From the sequence record LR588166.1: a stretch of 64,000 nucleotides of DNA. The stretch is one strand, 5' to 3'. The position numbers and the translations under genes were made by a program. Positions within the stretch are counted from its first letter, which is position 1, and each line of letters starts with the position of its first letter. Below the pieces are notes generated by a model, which saw only the letters and a program-made list of their open reading frames with translations, was not told the origin of the DNA and did no database searches. This document shows, piece by piece, positions 1 to 10,343 of this stretch.

Positions 1-5
1 AAAAC

Positions 6-245
6 ATGAAAGTATTCCATTACAGTAACAAAGAATCGTCTTTGTATTCTATGTTTGCAAAAAATCTACATATCAATGTATTTTTAGTGTCTACCTTGTG
101 TTGTATTATATGTTTCGACTATCCTACTTTATACTTAGAAATGGAATCAAACCGTGCAGTGACATTAGGTATAAATCCATGTTTCTTAAATATAGATGTA
201 CAAGGTTCTCGGTTCCATAATTGGGATCCGATGTGTTTTGTATAA
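6..245 (+). CDS. hypothetical small AT-rich protein
   Basis: 79 aa ORF co-oriented with the downstream array. Confidence 0.5.
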   Translation: MKVFHYSNKESSLYSMFAKNLHINVFLVSTLCCIICFDYPTLYLEMESNRAVTLGINPCFLNIDVQGSRFHNWDPMCFV

Positions 246-295
246 ACATGTGATATAATTTGTGTTTAGTCATTTCTTTTAAATAAGGTTTTGAA

Positions 296-637
296 ATGAA
301 AGAAAACAATATACTAGAAATGCAAGCAGGATGCTCAAACGTGACTGTTATAGGTAACAGTGTTATAAGTATAGAAGGATTATATGACAAACCAACAAAA
401 ACATTAAACTTTTTTGTAAGATATAATTTAAACCATGATTCAGAGTACTTATCATACATTTACACATTTAAAAATGATATATGTGTACTGTCTTTATCTA
501 GTAAATGTTTTATGATTAAAATGGCCTCAGAGATGTATTATAAAACTAGATCTGTATGTATTATTAATAATAAAGGAAACGGATTGTTATATAGTTACAA
601 AAATCACACATGGGCTCGGACATGCATTCTAATATAG
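296..637 (+). CDS. hypothetical small AT-rich protein
   Basis: 113 aa ORF, ATG start, overlaps next ORF. Confidence 0.6.
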   Translation: MKENNILEMQAGCSNVTVIGNSVISIEGLYDKPTKTLNFFVRYNLNHDSEYLSYIYTFKNDICVLSLSSKCFMIKMASEMYYKTRSVCIINNKGNGLLYSYKNHTWARTCILI

Positions 638-969
638 AAAAAATTTATTATATTTCTAAAAATACACGAAGTATAAAGGTAATGGACCATACAATCACTA
701 TATGGTCGTTATATATTTCACCTAATATTACTATAATTTTATGGGCAACTAATTTAACTACAGGATTATGTACCTTAAAATATAAAAATGAATTCAAAAT
801 AGATTTATTTAAATTAGTCAATACAGTGTATTATATAGAAAACAAATATAGAAACAGCACATATGTATTAAATGATGTATTGCACAATACTATATGCTCT
901 GTGGGTATATTAAGACCCCGTATTGCAGATGAAGTATATTGCAGATATAGAATATCGTATGTCAGCTAG
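610..969 (+). CDS. hypothetical small AT-rich protein
   Basis: 119 aa ORF in tightly packed + strand run. Confidence 0.55.
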   Translation: MGSDMHSNIEKIYYISKNTRSIKVMDHTITIWSLYISPNITIILWATNLTTGLCTLKYKNEFKIDLFKLVNTVYYIENKYRNSTYVLNDVLHNTICSVGILRPRIADEVYCRYRISYVS

Positions 970-1144
970 CATTACATATATTGTATCAGTTACTGCTAGA
1001 TGCACATCTATATCTGAAGATGCGTATAGTGATTTCGTTACATTTTGTATAGCAGATGTATTTGGTAATTATATAATTCAATATATAACAGAACGCAACA
1101 ATAGGTTTATAGCTGTATATGAATATACATTTTCTACAATATGA
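959..1144 (+). CDS. hypothetical small protein
   Basis: ATG at 959 overlaps upstream stop. Confidence 0.45.
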   Translation: MSASITYIVSVTARCTSISEDAYSDFVTFCIADVFGNYIIQYITERNNRFIAVYEYTFSTI

Positions 1145-1406
1145 TATGTCTGATTCAAGTATATTATGCAATATAACAAGATATTCGTATACAATAAGAC
1201 TGAGTAATTATACATCGTTTCATTTTGTTATATCCGGAATGGGTAGGCCTATAACAAAAGTTGTATCCAAGATACTGTGTAATCCTATTCATATAATAGA
1301 TGTGTGTGTAATGTTTCGCATCATGCAAAAGATACGATTTTTTCGTACAATGACACTCAATTACACAGTTCTTTGCATTTGTTTACTATATCATTTTGGA
1401 AGTTAA
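1119..1406 (+). CDS. hypothetical small protein
   Basis: 95 aa ORF in packed run. Confidence 0.45.
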   Translation: MNIHFLQYDMSDSSILCNITRYSYTIRLSNYTSFHFVISGMGRPITKVVSKILCNPIHIIDVCVMFRIMQKIRFFRTMTLNYTVLCICLLYHFGS

Positions 1407-1440
1407 AAGCATATACTATGATAAACGTATCCTACATAAT

Positions 1441-1935
1441 ATGATATTTCAAAAACCATTTATAGAATTGAATAGTATCCCAGATTACACTCATCCGGGC
1501 GGATTTGCATACCAACGAAAAAATCATATACACGAAGGCGTAGACCTTTATTGTAAAAATAAAGAACCTGTGTTTACAATGTTAACGGGTAAAGTAGTTA
1601 ATATAATAAAAGATTTTACAGGTCCGGGTTGTGGAACACCTTGGTGGAATAAAACAAGTGCAATAGTAATAGAAGACGTATTTGGTGTATGGGTATACGG
1701 CGAAATATTAGTAGGAAATTGGATTAACATAGGAGATACCGTACCAGCCGGAACATGTATCGGCAGAGTAGAACAAGTGTTAAAAAAGAACAAAGGACGT
1801 CCTATGTCTATGCTTCATGTAGAACGATATACAAAAGGAACTACAAATTCTATTGGTTTATGGCAATTAAACACCAGTAGACCTGAAAATTTATTAGATC
1901 CAACACCTTTGTTACGGCGTATCATAAATGAATAA
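1441..1935 (+). CDS. M23 family zinc metallopeptidase (peptidoglycan hydrolase-like)
   Basis: HEGVD (HxxxD) motif, V..G..V.AG..IG.V segment, MLHVE in place of HLHFE; alternative TTG start at 1396. Confidence 0.85.
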   Translation: MIFQKPFIELNSIPDYTHPGGFAYQRKNHIHEGVDLYCKNKEPVFTMLTGKVVNIIKDFTGPGCGTPWWNKTSAIVIEDVFGVWVYGEILVGNWINIGDTVPAGTCIGRVEQVLKKNKGRPMSMLHVERYTKGTTNSIGLWQLNTSRPENLLDPTPLLRRIINE

Positions 1936-2269
1936 TATATTATATATTCAGAATTTTATAAGAAGTAGAAAATTAGAAGCAGAATACGGATGTATAGTTA
2001 CCATTAATGATATTACAGGAGCTAGAGAATTTACAGCATATCATCTCAATAACTGGCATAATTGTTCATTTATATCCTATAATAATTGCAGTATAGATAT
2101 TATTGCATTATGTAACTATACACACACGATAGTATGTGGATCAGATAATGCAGGTTTTATAATAAACAATAATAACAGAAATATTCTACTGTCAGTAGTT
2201 TCTAACAAGACGTCATATTCGTCTTGTTATTCATCTTCTGTAATTATAAATATTTCTGTTTTATTATAA
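1928..2269 (+). CDS. AT-rich paralog family protein
   Basis: MNNILYIQN start; overlaps M23 stop. Confidence 0.6.
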   Translation: MNNILYIQNFIRSRKLEAEYGCIVTINDITGAREFTAYHLNNWHNCSFISYNNCSIDIIALCNYTHTIVCGSDNAGFIINNNNRNILLSVVSNKTSYSSCYSSSVIINISVLL

Positions 2270-2270
2270 A

Positions 2271-2594
2271 ATGAATTTAATATTTTGTATAGCTAGCATT
2301 GATAATATGCAAATAGGTATAGGCCGGTCAATCGGAGATATAAACAATATAATATATATTCGAACTAGCCCCTCTAATGATATAATCAAATATATAACAG
2401 AAGTAAAATATGGTAAAACAGTATCACTTATGTTAAATCTCGATATATCAGTATTTAAAGAATTATTTATTTTTATTTTGTCATGTAAATGTAAACACAT
2501 CACTGAACTAAGAATATACAATAAAGTAGTATTTTATTTTTATTCTGATACCAGAAGATCTTTAACAGATTTGTTATATTACATAGGTCGGTGA
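2271..2594 (+). CDS. AT-rich paralog family protein
   Basis: 107 aa, starts 1 nt after upstream stop. Confidence 0.6.
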   Translation: MNLIFCIASIDNMQIGIGRSIGDINNIIYIRTSPSNDIIKYITEVKYGKTVSLMLNLDISVFKELFIFILSCKCKHITELRIYNKVVFYFYSDTRRSLTDLLYYIGR

Positions 2595-2706
2595 CAGTAC
2601 ATTTACAGAAAAATATAATATCTTATGTATTATTCATTATAAAAACTCTGTTGTGTTATTAAGTGTTGTATGTTAGTGTGCAAGTTAATTAAATGCGGAA
2701 CATCAA

Positions 2707-3000
2707 ATGGATATTATTCTTTTTATATCAAATAATACATACTATATAACATCAACAAGTAATAGCACATTCTTATTATACAGATTTGATCAAAAATGTA
2801 TCTATGTTGTAACAAAACATCTTAATTCACACCCGGTAGTGATAGACGACGGAAGTAATGGTTGGGGGACAATATATGAGATTCCCGCACTAGTTCAGTT
2901 TTACACAGATATTTTTAAATTTTCTGTACATCACGAGTTAATTCAAATATATGTGCTCACAAAAGTAGGTCAATTTTTCTCTAAGATTGTTACTTACTAA
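2707..3000 (+). CDS. AT-rich paralog family protein
   Basis: MDIILFISNNTYYI motif. Confidence 0.7.
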   Translation: MDIILFISNNTYYITSTSNSTFLLYRFDQKCIYVVTKHLNSHPVVIDDGSNGWGTIYEIPALVQFYTDIFKFSVHHELIQIYVLTKVGQFFSKIVTY

Positions 3001-3322
3001 TATAATTGTACAATACATAGGCAATTTGATGGACAATATATTTTATATTTCGTACGAAATAGCTAGTTGCCGGTATTCTAGTCCAACTACATTTCAATTA
3101 ATTAATAAACACAATAGAGAATTTTATGCAATACGTTTGGCTGCAGGATACCCAAGCGACATTTTCGATTTTGATTGGAAACAAAAAATCTTATTAACGT
3201 CTAAATATTGTAATAAGCTTTTATTTCTTATTAGTAGAGAAAAGATACAGGTAACTACCAAGTTAAGGATATTTTATTGCCTTAGTAACGTATCTGCCAA
3301 ATCGGATCAAGTTACACTATGA
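2987..3322 (+). CDS. AT-rich paralog family protein
   Basis: 111 aa ORF; MDNIFYIS motif suggests a slightly downstream ATG. Confidence 0.55.
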   Translation: MLLTNIIVQYIGNLMDNIFYISYEIASCRYSSPTTFQLINKHNREFYAIRLAAGYPSDIFDFDWKQKILLTSKYCNKLLFLISREKIQVTTKLRIFYCLSNVSAKSDQVTL

Positions 3323-3831
3323 ATATCATACCATTAATTTTAATTAGTGTATACTAGTTATTGTGACACTATTAAATATGTCAATTAGATAAATTATTAA
3401 TGAAAAATCTATTTCCTACTGGATGCATATTTAATATATTGGTATTATCTTATCACACAGATACAATATATACTGTATGTTACTCAGATTGTCGTGTTAT
3501 TGCACTAAACAGTTATTATACATACTATATACCTTTAAATGACTAAATTAATACTTACAATTTCTATTAATACCAAACAGATAGCATTATTAAACGATGT
3601 TGTGCATTTTCGAAATTATAATAAAATAGTATACTTTATAAATTTTTTTATTTAAAACTAAGTCATTAATTATTATGGACAAGTTAATAACAGATAGTTT
3701 TATTATCATTTATATAAGTAAAAATTGCTCCGAAATTTATGTCACCCTCAGACATGCTTTTATATGCAATTACGATGGGGTTGGGTTTTTTAGATCATGA
3801 CTAGTTGTGTTAATTAGGATAACTATACTTA

Positions 3832-4125
3832 ATGAAATATGATTTTATATTACATATAAGTAATAACACAAATTGTATTATATTCGACACAAGTATTACC
3901 TTTGTTGGCAATAAAGGTATATTCTTTTATAAAATAATACCAATACACTTGCATAGTATGTGTAATTTTCCTTATATAGATAACAGTTGGTCAAACTATA
4001 TTTCATTACCTATAATTATACAATATTATACAAATAAACTGGTATATTTACCGTCTATTATACTTTTTCGTCAAAATAAATCTAATATATCAGCAGATAC
4101 TGTATTTCGTACAAATATGTTATGA
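3832..4125 (+). CDS. AT-rich paralog family protein
   Basis: FILHISNNTNCI motif. Confidence 0.7.
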   Translation: MKYDFILHISNNTNCIIFDTSITFVGNKGIFFYKIIPIHLHSMCNFPYIDNSWSNYISLPIIIQYYTNKLVYLPSIILFRQNKSNISADTVFRTNML

Positions 4126-4403
4126 ACGATGAATTAATACTATTGTTAAGTAAAGAGACTTATATAACTTCATTTTCTCATAACTGTGTAGACTTGTTCA
4201 GCGCTGCTGGAATTATATTTTATAGCATATCTATACCATACATGGGTTCCCGTGCTGCTAGCAGAATACATCATTTATATTTGTGTGTGTTTACACTATC
4301 TCCTTTTATAATACAATCATTTTGTCGTGTAATATTCGATAATAAGTATACAATTTGCATATCATATAACGGTACACTTATATGGAAAGGTCTTTACCAA
4401 TAA
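4122..4403 (+). CDS. AT-rich paralog family protein
   Basis: ATGA overlap; LILLLSKETYI. Confidence 0.7.
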   Translation: MNDELILLLSKETYITSFSHNCVDLFSAAGIIFYSISIPYMGSRAASRIHHLYLCVFTLSPFIIQSFCRVIFDNKYTICISYNGTLIWKGLYQ

Positions 4404-4472
4404 CTTTTTCAGTTGCTATAACATGCACAATGTGCAATAATAAAAAACAATGTGCAATTGTGAATAAAATAC

Positions 4473-4778
4473 ATGAATATTATCATTAACATTCAAGCAT
4501 CAACATCCGAAATCTTCTTTGACACAGACTGTATCACGTTAATAACGAGTTTAGGCGGTCATGTTCTTTCGATAAACCGAAGAACAGGAAAAGGCGCAGT
4601 TGTACTTCATAACATAAAGTTAGATTCCATATATCGTATTATACTATTACAGCACGCAACTGTATCACTTGTTGTATGGGGTGCTATAGACATTAAAGTA
4701 TCATTTAAAGACATAGCCGATGAATACATTTTCCTTGCTATAGGAAGAAGATATTATCACGGCGAATGGTTAAAATAA
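4473..4778 (+). CDS. AT-rich paralog family protein
   Basis: MNIIINIQASTSEI; internal ILLQH. Confidence 0.7.
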   Translation: MNIIINIQASTSEIFFDTDCITLITSLGGHVLSINRRTGKGAVVLHNIKLDSIYRIILLQHATVSLVVWGAIDIKVSFKDIADEYIFLAIGRRYYHGEWLK

Positions 4779-5050
4779 TTCTGACTATGCATAAAATTTA
4801 TTATGACGAAATTTTAGAAATATCTAAAAAAGCTAGATTAATTGTAAATTACTCTGGCATCGTTTCTATATACACAAAATCTTCTAATTATTATAATATA
4901 AATTATAATTTTTATAGTAATCCATTTAATCAGTGGAATAGGGCAATATTTATAGCATCTAAACAATGTGGACACATAGCATTTTCTAGTAACCGGATGC
5001 GTATATTAACTGATAAAAATATATTGTGGTATTATAGTACTCTTCTATAA
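4766..5050 (+). CDS. AT-rich paralog family protein
   Basis: 94 aa, overlaps upstream ORF. Confidence 0.6.
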   Translation: MVKIILTMHKIYYDEILEISKKARLIVNYSGIVSIYTKSSNYYNINYNFYSNPFNQWNRAIFIASKQCGHIAFSSNRMRILTDKNILWYYSTLL

Positions 5051-5065
5051 GGTATAGATCGAAAA

Positions 5066-5368
5066 ATGGAAATACCTAATGACAAGTGTATGTTGTTAAT
5101 ATTTCTGAGTAGTGTCTCCGATACTATACACATAGAAATCAGTTTTAGAAAAAGAATTAGAAAATATTTGCACACACTAAAAATATACAAAGAAGATAAC
5201 ATTTGCATATTTATAAATGGCATATTACTATTTAAAAAAGATATATGTAACGATATAATAATTCCTATTTTGATACAATCGAACACAAGATCTATATCAC
5301 TGCATAACGACTTCTTAGAAATATTTTCTAACAGATATTATTTGATGTTATTTAGAAAAATGTCTTAA
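5066..5368 (+). CDS. AT-rich paralog family protein
   Basis: internal ILIQSNTRSI. Confidence 0.65.
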   Translation: MEIPNDKCMLLIFLSSVSDTIHIEISFRKRIRKYLHTLKIYKEDNICIFINGILLFKKDICNDIIIPILIQSNTRSISLHNDFLEIFSNRYYLMLFRKMS

Positions 5369-5382
5369 ATAGGCAAAAATGC

Positions 5383-5634
5383 ATGATTGTTATACTTCTT
5401 TCACACTTTACACGTGAACTAAATGCAGAATTTAATGAATTAAAACTTACTGTACATGGTAAAAGATTAGCGCAAATATATCCGACAGCATACATAGATA
5501 CTAACGTCTTATGCCATTATATGCGTGAACTTGATTTCTTACTATTATACATTTCTAACAATGCAAAAACGATACAATTAGACTATTCACACAGAATAAT
5601 ATTATATCACTCTCCCATACCGCACTATATTTAA
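5383..5634 (+). CDS. AT-rich paralog family protein
   Basis: MIVILLSHFT; internal LLYISNNAKTI. Confidence 0.7.
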   Translation: MIVILLSHFTRELNAEFNELKLTVHGKRLAQIYPTAYIDTNVLCHYMRELDFLLLYISNNAKTIQLDYSHRIILYHSPIPHYI

Positions 5635-5646
5635 AGAGATAAGTAT

Positions 5647-6036
5647 GTGAACTATTATTCAAACAGTTGTTGTACAGAAACTACATTATTGAACTCTTTT
5701 AATGAGCAAGTTAATGTCCATCTAAACCCTATGTGCAACCTACCATTTATTATATCAAGTAATTCCCATAAACTAATCTACGGACAGTATTTTAACAATA
5801 CAAGAGGTCCAGGCATATACATTGCTAATATAAATGGAATTGTGTTTCTATGCTCTGTTGTTACTATTTCTAATTTTCGAATGTGTTTTAGTATGCTTAA
5901 TGAAATAGATCCTTTGTATATACAATACAAATGCGATTCAATAAAAACAATAAACACACTTACATATTATAGACTAAATGTCAATTCATTACTTAATACA
6001 ATGTTATGTAAAGAATATTATGAATTTAATACTTGA
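5647..6036 (+). CDS. AT-rich paralog family protein
   Basis: 129 aa; internal FIISSNSHKL and LYIQY. Confidence 0.6.
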   Translation: MNYYSNSCCTETTLLNSFNEQVNVHLNPMCNLPFIISSNSHKLIYGQYFNNTRGPGIYIANINGIVFLCSVVTISNFRMCFSMLNEIDPLYIQYKCDSIKTINTLTYYRLNVNSLLNTMLCKEYYEFNT

Positions 6037-6304
6037 ATTAGTAAGAAACACAAGTAAAATCATACCGCATGATGGTCTAAATGCTGCTAGATTTATTCTT
6101 GTTAATGCCTATTATATAAAAATAGCATCTTTTTGTTTATCATTTTCTACATGGACCAGCCAGACATTTTTAAGAATAAACCAGTTTCAAATGTCAGAAT
6201 CTACGTTAGTTATCATATCTAATAAAATAAAGAAGATCAAAAGAATGGAAAAATCATACGCTTTAATTTTTGACGAATCATATATCCGGTTGAAAATCGA
6301 ATGA
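6020..6304 (+). CDS. AT-rich paralog family protein
   Basis: MNLILELVRNTSKI at ATG 6020. Confidence 0.65.
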   Translation: MNLILELVRNTSKIIPHDGLNAARFILVNAYYIKIASFCLSFSTWTSQTFLRINQFQMSESTLVIISNKIKKIKRMEKSYALIFDESYIRLKIE

Positions 6305-6555
6305 TAATACATATCTCGCATTTAACAGATAAAATAAATGCATATTCTAAATATATAATCGTTACTAATAAAACCAATAAAATTATATTTTGCCATTGCA
6401 TGTATGGCCAAACTAAAATTTACATTAACAAAGTATTACCAAGTATCGACTTAATCTGTTATATTCAACATAACACAAAAACTATTAGTTATCCCATTGT
6501 AAATAGCCATTTTCTATTATATCCATATCTTTGCAATAATGCCTTGGTTGTATAA
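6301..6555 (+). CDS. AT-rich paralog family protein
   Basis: ATGA overlap; internal LICYIQHNTKTI. Confidence 0.7.
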   Translation: MIIHISHLTDKINAYSKYIIVTNKTNKIIFCHCMYGQTKIYINKVLPSIDLICYIQHNTKTISYPIVNSHFLLYPYLCNNALVV

Positions 6556-6557
6556 TT

Positions 6558-6839
6558 ATGGATTTTATTTTCCTACTACAACATAACACTTCTATTATAT
6601 TATATCGTAATAGTATTATAGAATTATACACAGAAGACGAAATGCCAGTAATAGACATAGATATAACAAATTCTATGTTCATATATCTAGGTATTTTTAA
6701 TGACAAAACTGCAATACTCTATCTACAACAAAATACACACAGTATAGGTATAGAATCATCAAATTCTTATTATATGATAAGAATGAGAAATATGTACCAT
6801 AGAAACGTTTATTATATTATAACACATGGACTATATTAA
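6558..6839 (+). CDS. AT-rich paralog family protein
   Basis: MDFIFLLQHNTSII; ILYLQQNTHSI. Confidence 0.75.
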   Translation: MDFIFLLQHNTSIILYRNSIIELYTEDEMPVIDIDITNSMFIYLGIFNDKTAILYLQQNTHSIGIESSNSYYMIRMRNMYHRNVYYIITHGLY

Positions 6840-7110
6840 ACTTATCTCCGCCGAAGTAAATCAAATTAAAAAATCTACCCATCCTGGTGGCACCCGCAAC
6901 GGCTTAACACTATATAACGTACATGACCAACCCATATTAGAAATAAAGATCCAAAAAATAATATCCCGTGTATATGTGCGTGCAAACTACGATAAGTTGT
7001 GTAATGAAATCTGCATTCTTCATATACAAAGTCAAACAACTTTAATATCTACCACACGGAACTCACTAGTAATCTTTACTTCCCACTATATAGTTTACTC
7101 TATCATATGA
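6826..7110 (+). CDS. AT-rich paralog family protein
   Basis: internal ILHIQSQTTLI. Confidence 0.7.
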   Translation: MDYIKLISAEVNQIKKSTHPGGTRNGLTLYNVHDQPILEIKIQKIISRVYVRANYDKLCNEICILHIQSQTTLISTTRNSLVIFTSHYIVYSII

Positions 7111-7397
7111 ACCTAATCCCCGCACTGCAAAATAAAACTAGATATATAACCCAATTTGATACTAATTTTGATACTACTTATCGTTTAATTAACTCAGATA
7201 GAAAATGCTTTTATCTTATAACACGCAAGAACAAAAAGACCATAGTAGACATAGACTATAATGTCTTCAATGATATTTTCGGTATATTACATTTACAGTC
7301 TAAAACACATATACTACAACGTTCATACTACCTAATAAAAATATATGATGTATGTACGGATTTAATATTTTTTATATACCACCATACCCATAAATGA
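7107..7397 (+). CDS. AT-rich paralog family protein
   Basis: MNLIPALQNKT; GILHLQSKTHI. Confidence 0.75.
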   Translation: MNLIPALQNKTRYITQFDTNFDTTYRLINSDRKCFYLITRKNKKTIVDIDYNVFNDIFGILHLQSKTHILQRSYYLIKIYDVCTDLIFFIYHHTHK

Positions 7398-7675
7398 AAT
7401 TTATTATAACATTACAATCATACACAACTACAATACAGTTTCTAACTAATGATTTTATATTATATTCTGATAGAAATAAATTATTAGAATTAGGTATATA
7501 CGATAACAAATTCAACTGTTACATACATATCAATAATTTTAATAATAACAATATAATCTTGTGTTATCTTCAGCATATAATTTATACAATACACATTCAT
7601 CCCTTTGTTTTATCGATGTGTAATAGTAATTGGTTATCAGTTAATACAAAATGTTATTCAAGAAGACTTTACTAA
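7394..7675 (+). CDS. AT-rich paralog family protein
   Basis: MKFIITLQSYT; LCYLQHIIYTI. Confidence 0.75.
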   Translation: MKFIITLQSYTTTIQFLTNDFILYSDRNKLLELGIYDNKFNCYIHINNFNNNNIILCYLQHIIYTIHIHPFVLSMCNSNWLSVNTKCYSRRLY

Positions 7676-7714
7676 AGCAATGAAGATGAATGATAGAAAT
7701 CACTACACTATAAC

Positions 7715-8236
7715 TAATGAGTGATAATACTCTAATAGATAGAAACTATAGTGTAACAACCAATGAGTGATAATACTAATACTGATAGATATAGCTATAG
7801 TGTACAAATAATGAGTGATAATACTTATAGATACTAATACTAAAATACTAATACTGAGATAGCTATAGTGTACAAATAATAAGTGAATTATATAGTACAT
7901 TCTTCGGTGAATAGTATTAATACCAATAGATAGTGATATAGATAGCTATAGTGTACAAATAATGAGTGAATTATATAGTACATATTTCGGTGAATACTGA
8001 TATAATATCAATAGATAGCTATAGTGTAACAAATAATGAATAATGTTGATTGATAATACCAATAGATAGTGAATAATGAGTGATACTTATAGAAGTGATA
8101 CTAATACCAATACTGATAGATAGCTATAGTGTACAAATAATGAGTGATACTGAGTGATACTAATAAGATAGTGATAGTGTACAAATAATAAGTGAATTAT
8201 ATAGTACATATTTCGGTGAACCCTAACATCACCGAA
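7715..8236. repeat. noncoding irregular direct-repeat array, core GATAGCTATAGTGTACAAATAAT(G/A)AGTGA
   Basis: Copies at ~7791, 7858, 7941, 8014, 8119, 8170; submotif AGTGAATTATATAGTACAT..TTCGGTGAA three times; ends in hairpin TTCGGTGA/TCACCGAA (8212-8236). Confidence 0.85.
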
Positions 8237-8606
8237 GAAAGAAGGACCAAAATTTTGGAAATCTTGCTCTATAGGTCCCATTCATTTTCTTCCCAGTTAC
8301 ATTTATATTCTTTCCATTTCTAACCATTTTTATAGATTTTTTTTGGAAAAATCCGTTTTCTGCTATATAGGGACCTTCTTATAAAATATAAGTTCTTTTT
8401 CAATAAAAAATATTTTTTTTTGAAAATTTCCAATTCTTGCTATATAGGCCGGTTTCATTATATATCCCCGTTTGCATAACATATACGGAATATAGTATGC
8501 TATACGTATATAAACCGTGACTCTAGTCAACTCACTTACTGTACGCTTGTTAGCTATTAGATATAATTCCATTTCGTAGTATAACGTATATACAGGAAAA
8601 CTGGTT

Positions 8607-8879
8607 ATGGATCTGATACTATTTCTTCAACATAATACTGTAGAGATAGACGAGTGTACATGGTTCATTCGTTTTAACAACAAAAATGAAAATAGTATAG
8701 CTATGATTTCTGATAACGGTTTTAAAATGTATTATGAAAATGTTAATAGCTTACTTGGCATTCTTCATTTACAATATTGTAATTATGATTTTTTATTCAA
8801 GTATATGGGCAATTATATTTCTTTTACATTTGTTAAAAATAATAGGTTTGTACATAAAATATATGCTGATTTGAAATAA
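8607..8879 (+). CDS. AT-rich paralog family protein
   Basis: MDLILFLQHNT; LGILHLQY. Confidence 0.8.
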   Translation: MDLILFLQHNTVEIDECTWFIRFNNKNENSIAMISDNGFKMYYENVNSLLGILHLQYCNYDFLFKYMGNYISFTFVKNNRFVHKIYADLK

Positions 8880-8882
8880 TAT

Positions 8883-9188
8883 ATGGATTTCATACTATTA
8901 CTTCAATCTCATTGCAATGAGATTGTATATACCAATCAAATCATTGATATGCTCAATGCGCATAATAGGCAGTTCGTATATGGAATTACGTTGCCTATGG
9001 GAAGAAAACATGTGTCATATAATGCATATTGTTTGTATAATAATTTATGTGATGTGATAGGATTATTGCATATGCAATCTATTCTATCATTAATAGAAGT
9101 TAAACATTTAAAAACATTTTCTGGTAAAACAGATATTATTGTTAATATGGTGTTTGTTAACGGTTATCTTCAACATGCTATATACTAA
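8883..9188 (+). CDS. AT-rich paralog family protein
   Basis: MDFILLLQSH; IGLLHMQS. Confidence 0.8.
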   Translation: MDFILLLQSHCNEIVYTNQIIDMLNAHNRQFVYGITLPMGRKHVSYNAYCLYNNLCDVIGLLHMQSILSLIEVKHLKTFSGKTDIIVNMVFVNGYLQHAIY

Positions 9189-9204
9189 TAGTTGTGTCTA
9201 ATAT

Positions 9205-9489
9205 ATGGACTTAATATTATTATTTCAGTCTCGTTGTTTTAAGATTTGGTATTCAGATTATATTATAGATATGATCGACTATAGTGATTATACTATAGTA
9301 TCATTACTACGCCCGCCGAATGGGCGTATGTATGCCTATTGTTCGTGTAATAGTATAAACAACGAAACTAGTATAATGCATTTGCAGAATAACATACATT
9401 CATTACAAATAAGTTATAGTACCCGTTCTATAATGTGTCGTATGACTAATTTGTATGAAGATCTAATTCAATATATTTGTATACTTTAG
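9205..9489 (+). CDS. AT-rich paralog family protein
   Basis: MDLILLFQSR; IMHLQNNIHSL. Confidence 0.8.
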   Translation: MDLILLFQSRCFKIWYSDYIIDMIDYSDYTIVSLLRPPNGRMYAYCSCNSINNETSIMHLQNNIHSLQISYSTRSIMCRMTNLYEDLIQYICIL

Positions 9490-9491
9490 TA

Positions 9492-9767
9492 ATGTATTTT
9501 ATCTTGTTTATACAGAAATTGTGTTGTTCAATTAGAAGGGCTTCGCACGGATTTGATATTTTTGATACAAATGAAGTAGCATATTCATTAATAGATCATC
9601 ATGGTTTCAGTATGAAACATTTCGTTTCATACTCTGTTATAAATGATGTAATAGGAATTATACATTTACAAGTGCATACAAATAAGTTATATTTTCTTCA
9701 TGAAAAACATCAAATGGATATGATTTGTTTTCTAGATAGTAAAGGCGGTCATTTTTTTAGTTTGTAG
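9492..9767 (+). CDS. AT-rich paralog family protein
   Basis: MYFILFIQK; IGIIHLQV. Confidence 0.8.
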   Translation: MYFILFIQKLCCSIRRASHGFDIFDTNEVAYSLIDHHGFSMKHFVSYSVINDVIGIIHLQVHTNKLYFLHEKHQMDMICFLDSKGGHFFSL

Positions 9768-9779
9768 AGGGCGGAATTT

Positions 9780-10043
9780 GTGCTATTAATATTAATGCTT
9801 CAGCGTAATGTCGAATGGATTCTTGATGTTGATTGCGAAATTCGACTTGTTCTGCCCGATTATAATACGTTATATCGTTTTCTAATTCAGATACAGAAAA
9901 TTAATGGGTATCTAAATTGCCATGCTAGTAATGACATTGTAGGTATGTTTTATTTACAGTACAATTGTGATACTATATCATTTGATAGATTTTATGAATT
10001 TATGATACTAAACCACAATGGCGTAACAATTTATGGCTGGTGA
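9780..10043 (+). CDS. AT-rich paralog family protein
   Basis: LILMLQRN; VGMFYLQY; GTG start. Confidence 0.75.
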   Translation: MLLILMLQRNVEWILDVDCEIRLVLPDYNTLYRFLIQIQKINGYLNCHASNDIVGMFYLQYNCDTISFDRFYEFMILNHNGVTIYGW

Positions 10044-10048
10044 CTAGT

Positions 10049-10339
10049 ATGGATATTATATTAATCCTTAGCAGTGAAGTTATAAGAATACAAGGTTGTT
10101 TTTATGATATAGAAACTTTACAAATAAGGTTCTTCAATAAATACGACTCAATATATTTTTGTAATAAAATGGGAGGATTTGTTAACTATAAAACATTTCC
10201 CAATGAACTACTAAGTATAATTCATTTGCAGCAGAATACACACAGGTTAATAACACACAGTAAATGTATATTTTTTGATAGTGTGGATTTTATTTCTATT
10301 CACTGGGAGACTTTGTTTGACACAAACGAATATGTATAA
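10049..10339 (+). CDS. AT-rich paralog family protein
   Basis: MDIILILSS; SIIHLQQNTHRL. Confidence 0.8.
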   Translation: MDIILILSSEVIRIQGCFYDIETLQIRFFNKYDSIYFCNKMGGFVNYKTFPNELLSIIHLQQNTHRLITHSKCIFFDSVDFISIHWETLFDTNEYV

Positions 10340-10343
10340 TGAT

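Larger units (their letters stand above)
1928..7675 (+). other. tandem array A of ~20 paralogous 85-130 aa AT-rich ORFs
   Basis: Repeated N-terminal motif (MDIILFISNNTYYI, MDFIFLLQHNTSII, MKFIITLQSYTTTI) and internal repeat (ILHLQ/ILYLQ); overlapping stop/start codons. Confidence 0.75.

Noticed and set aside
7715-8236. CRISPR array
   Set aside because: Spacer lengths vary widely and spacers are built from the same recurring submotifs rather than unique sequence; no cas genes in the window
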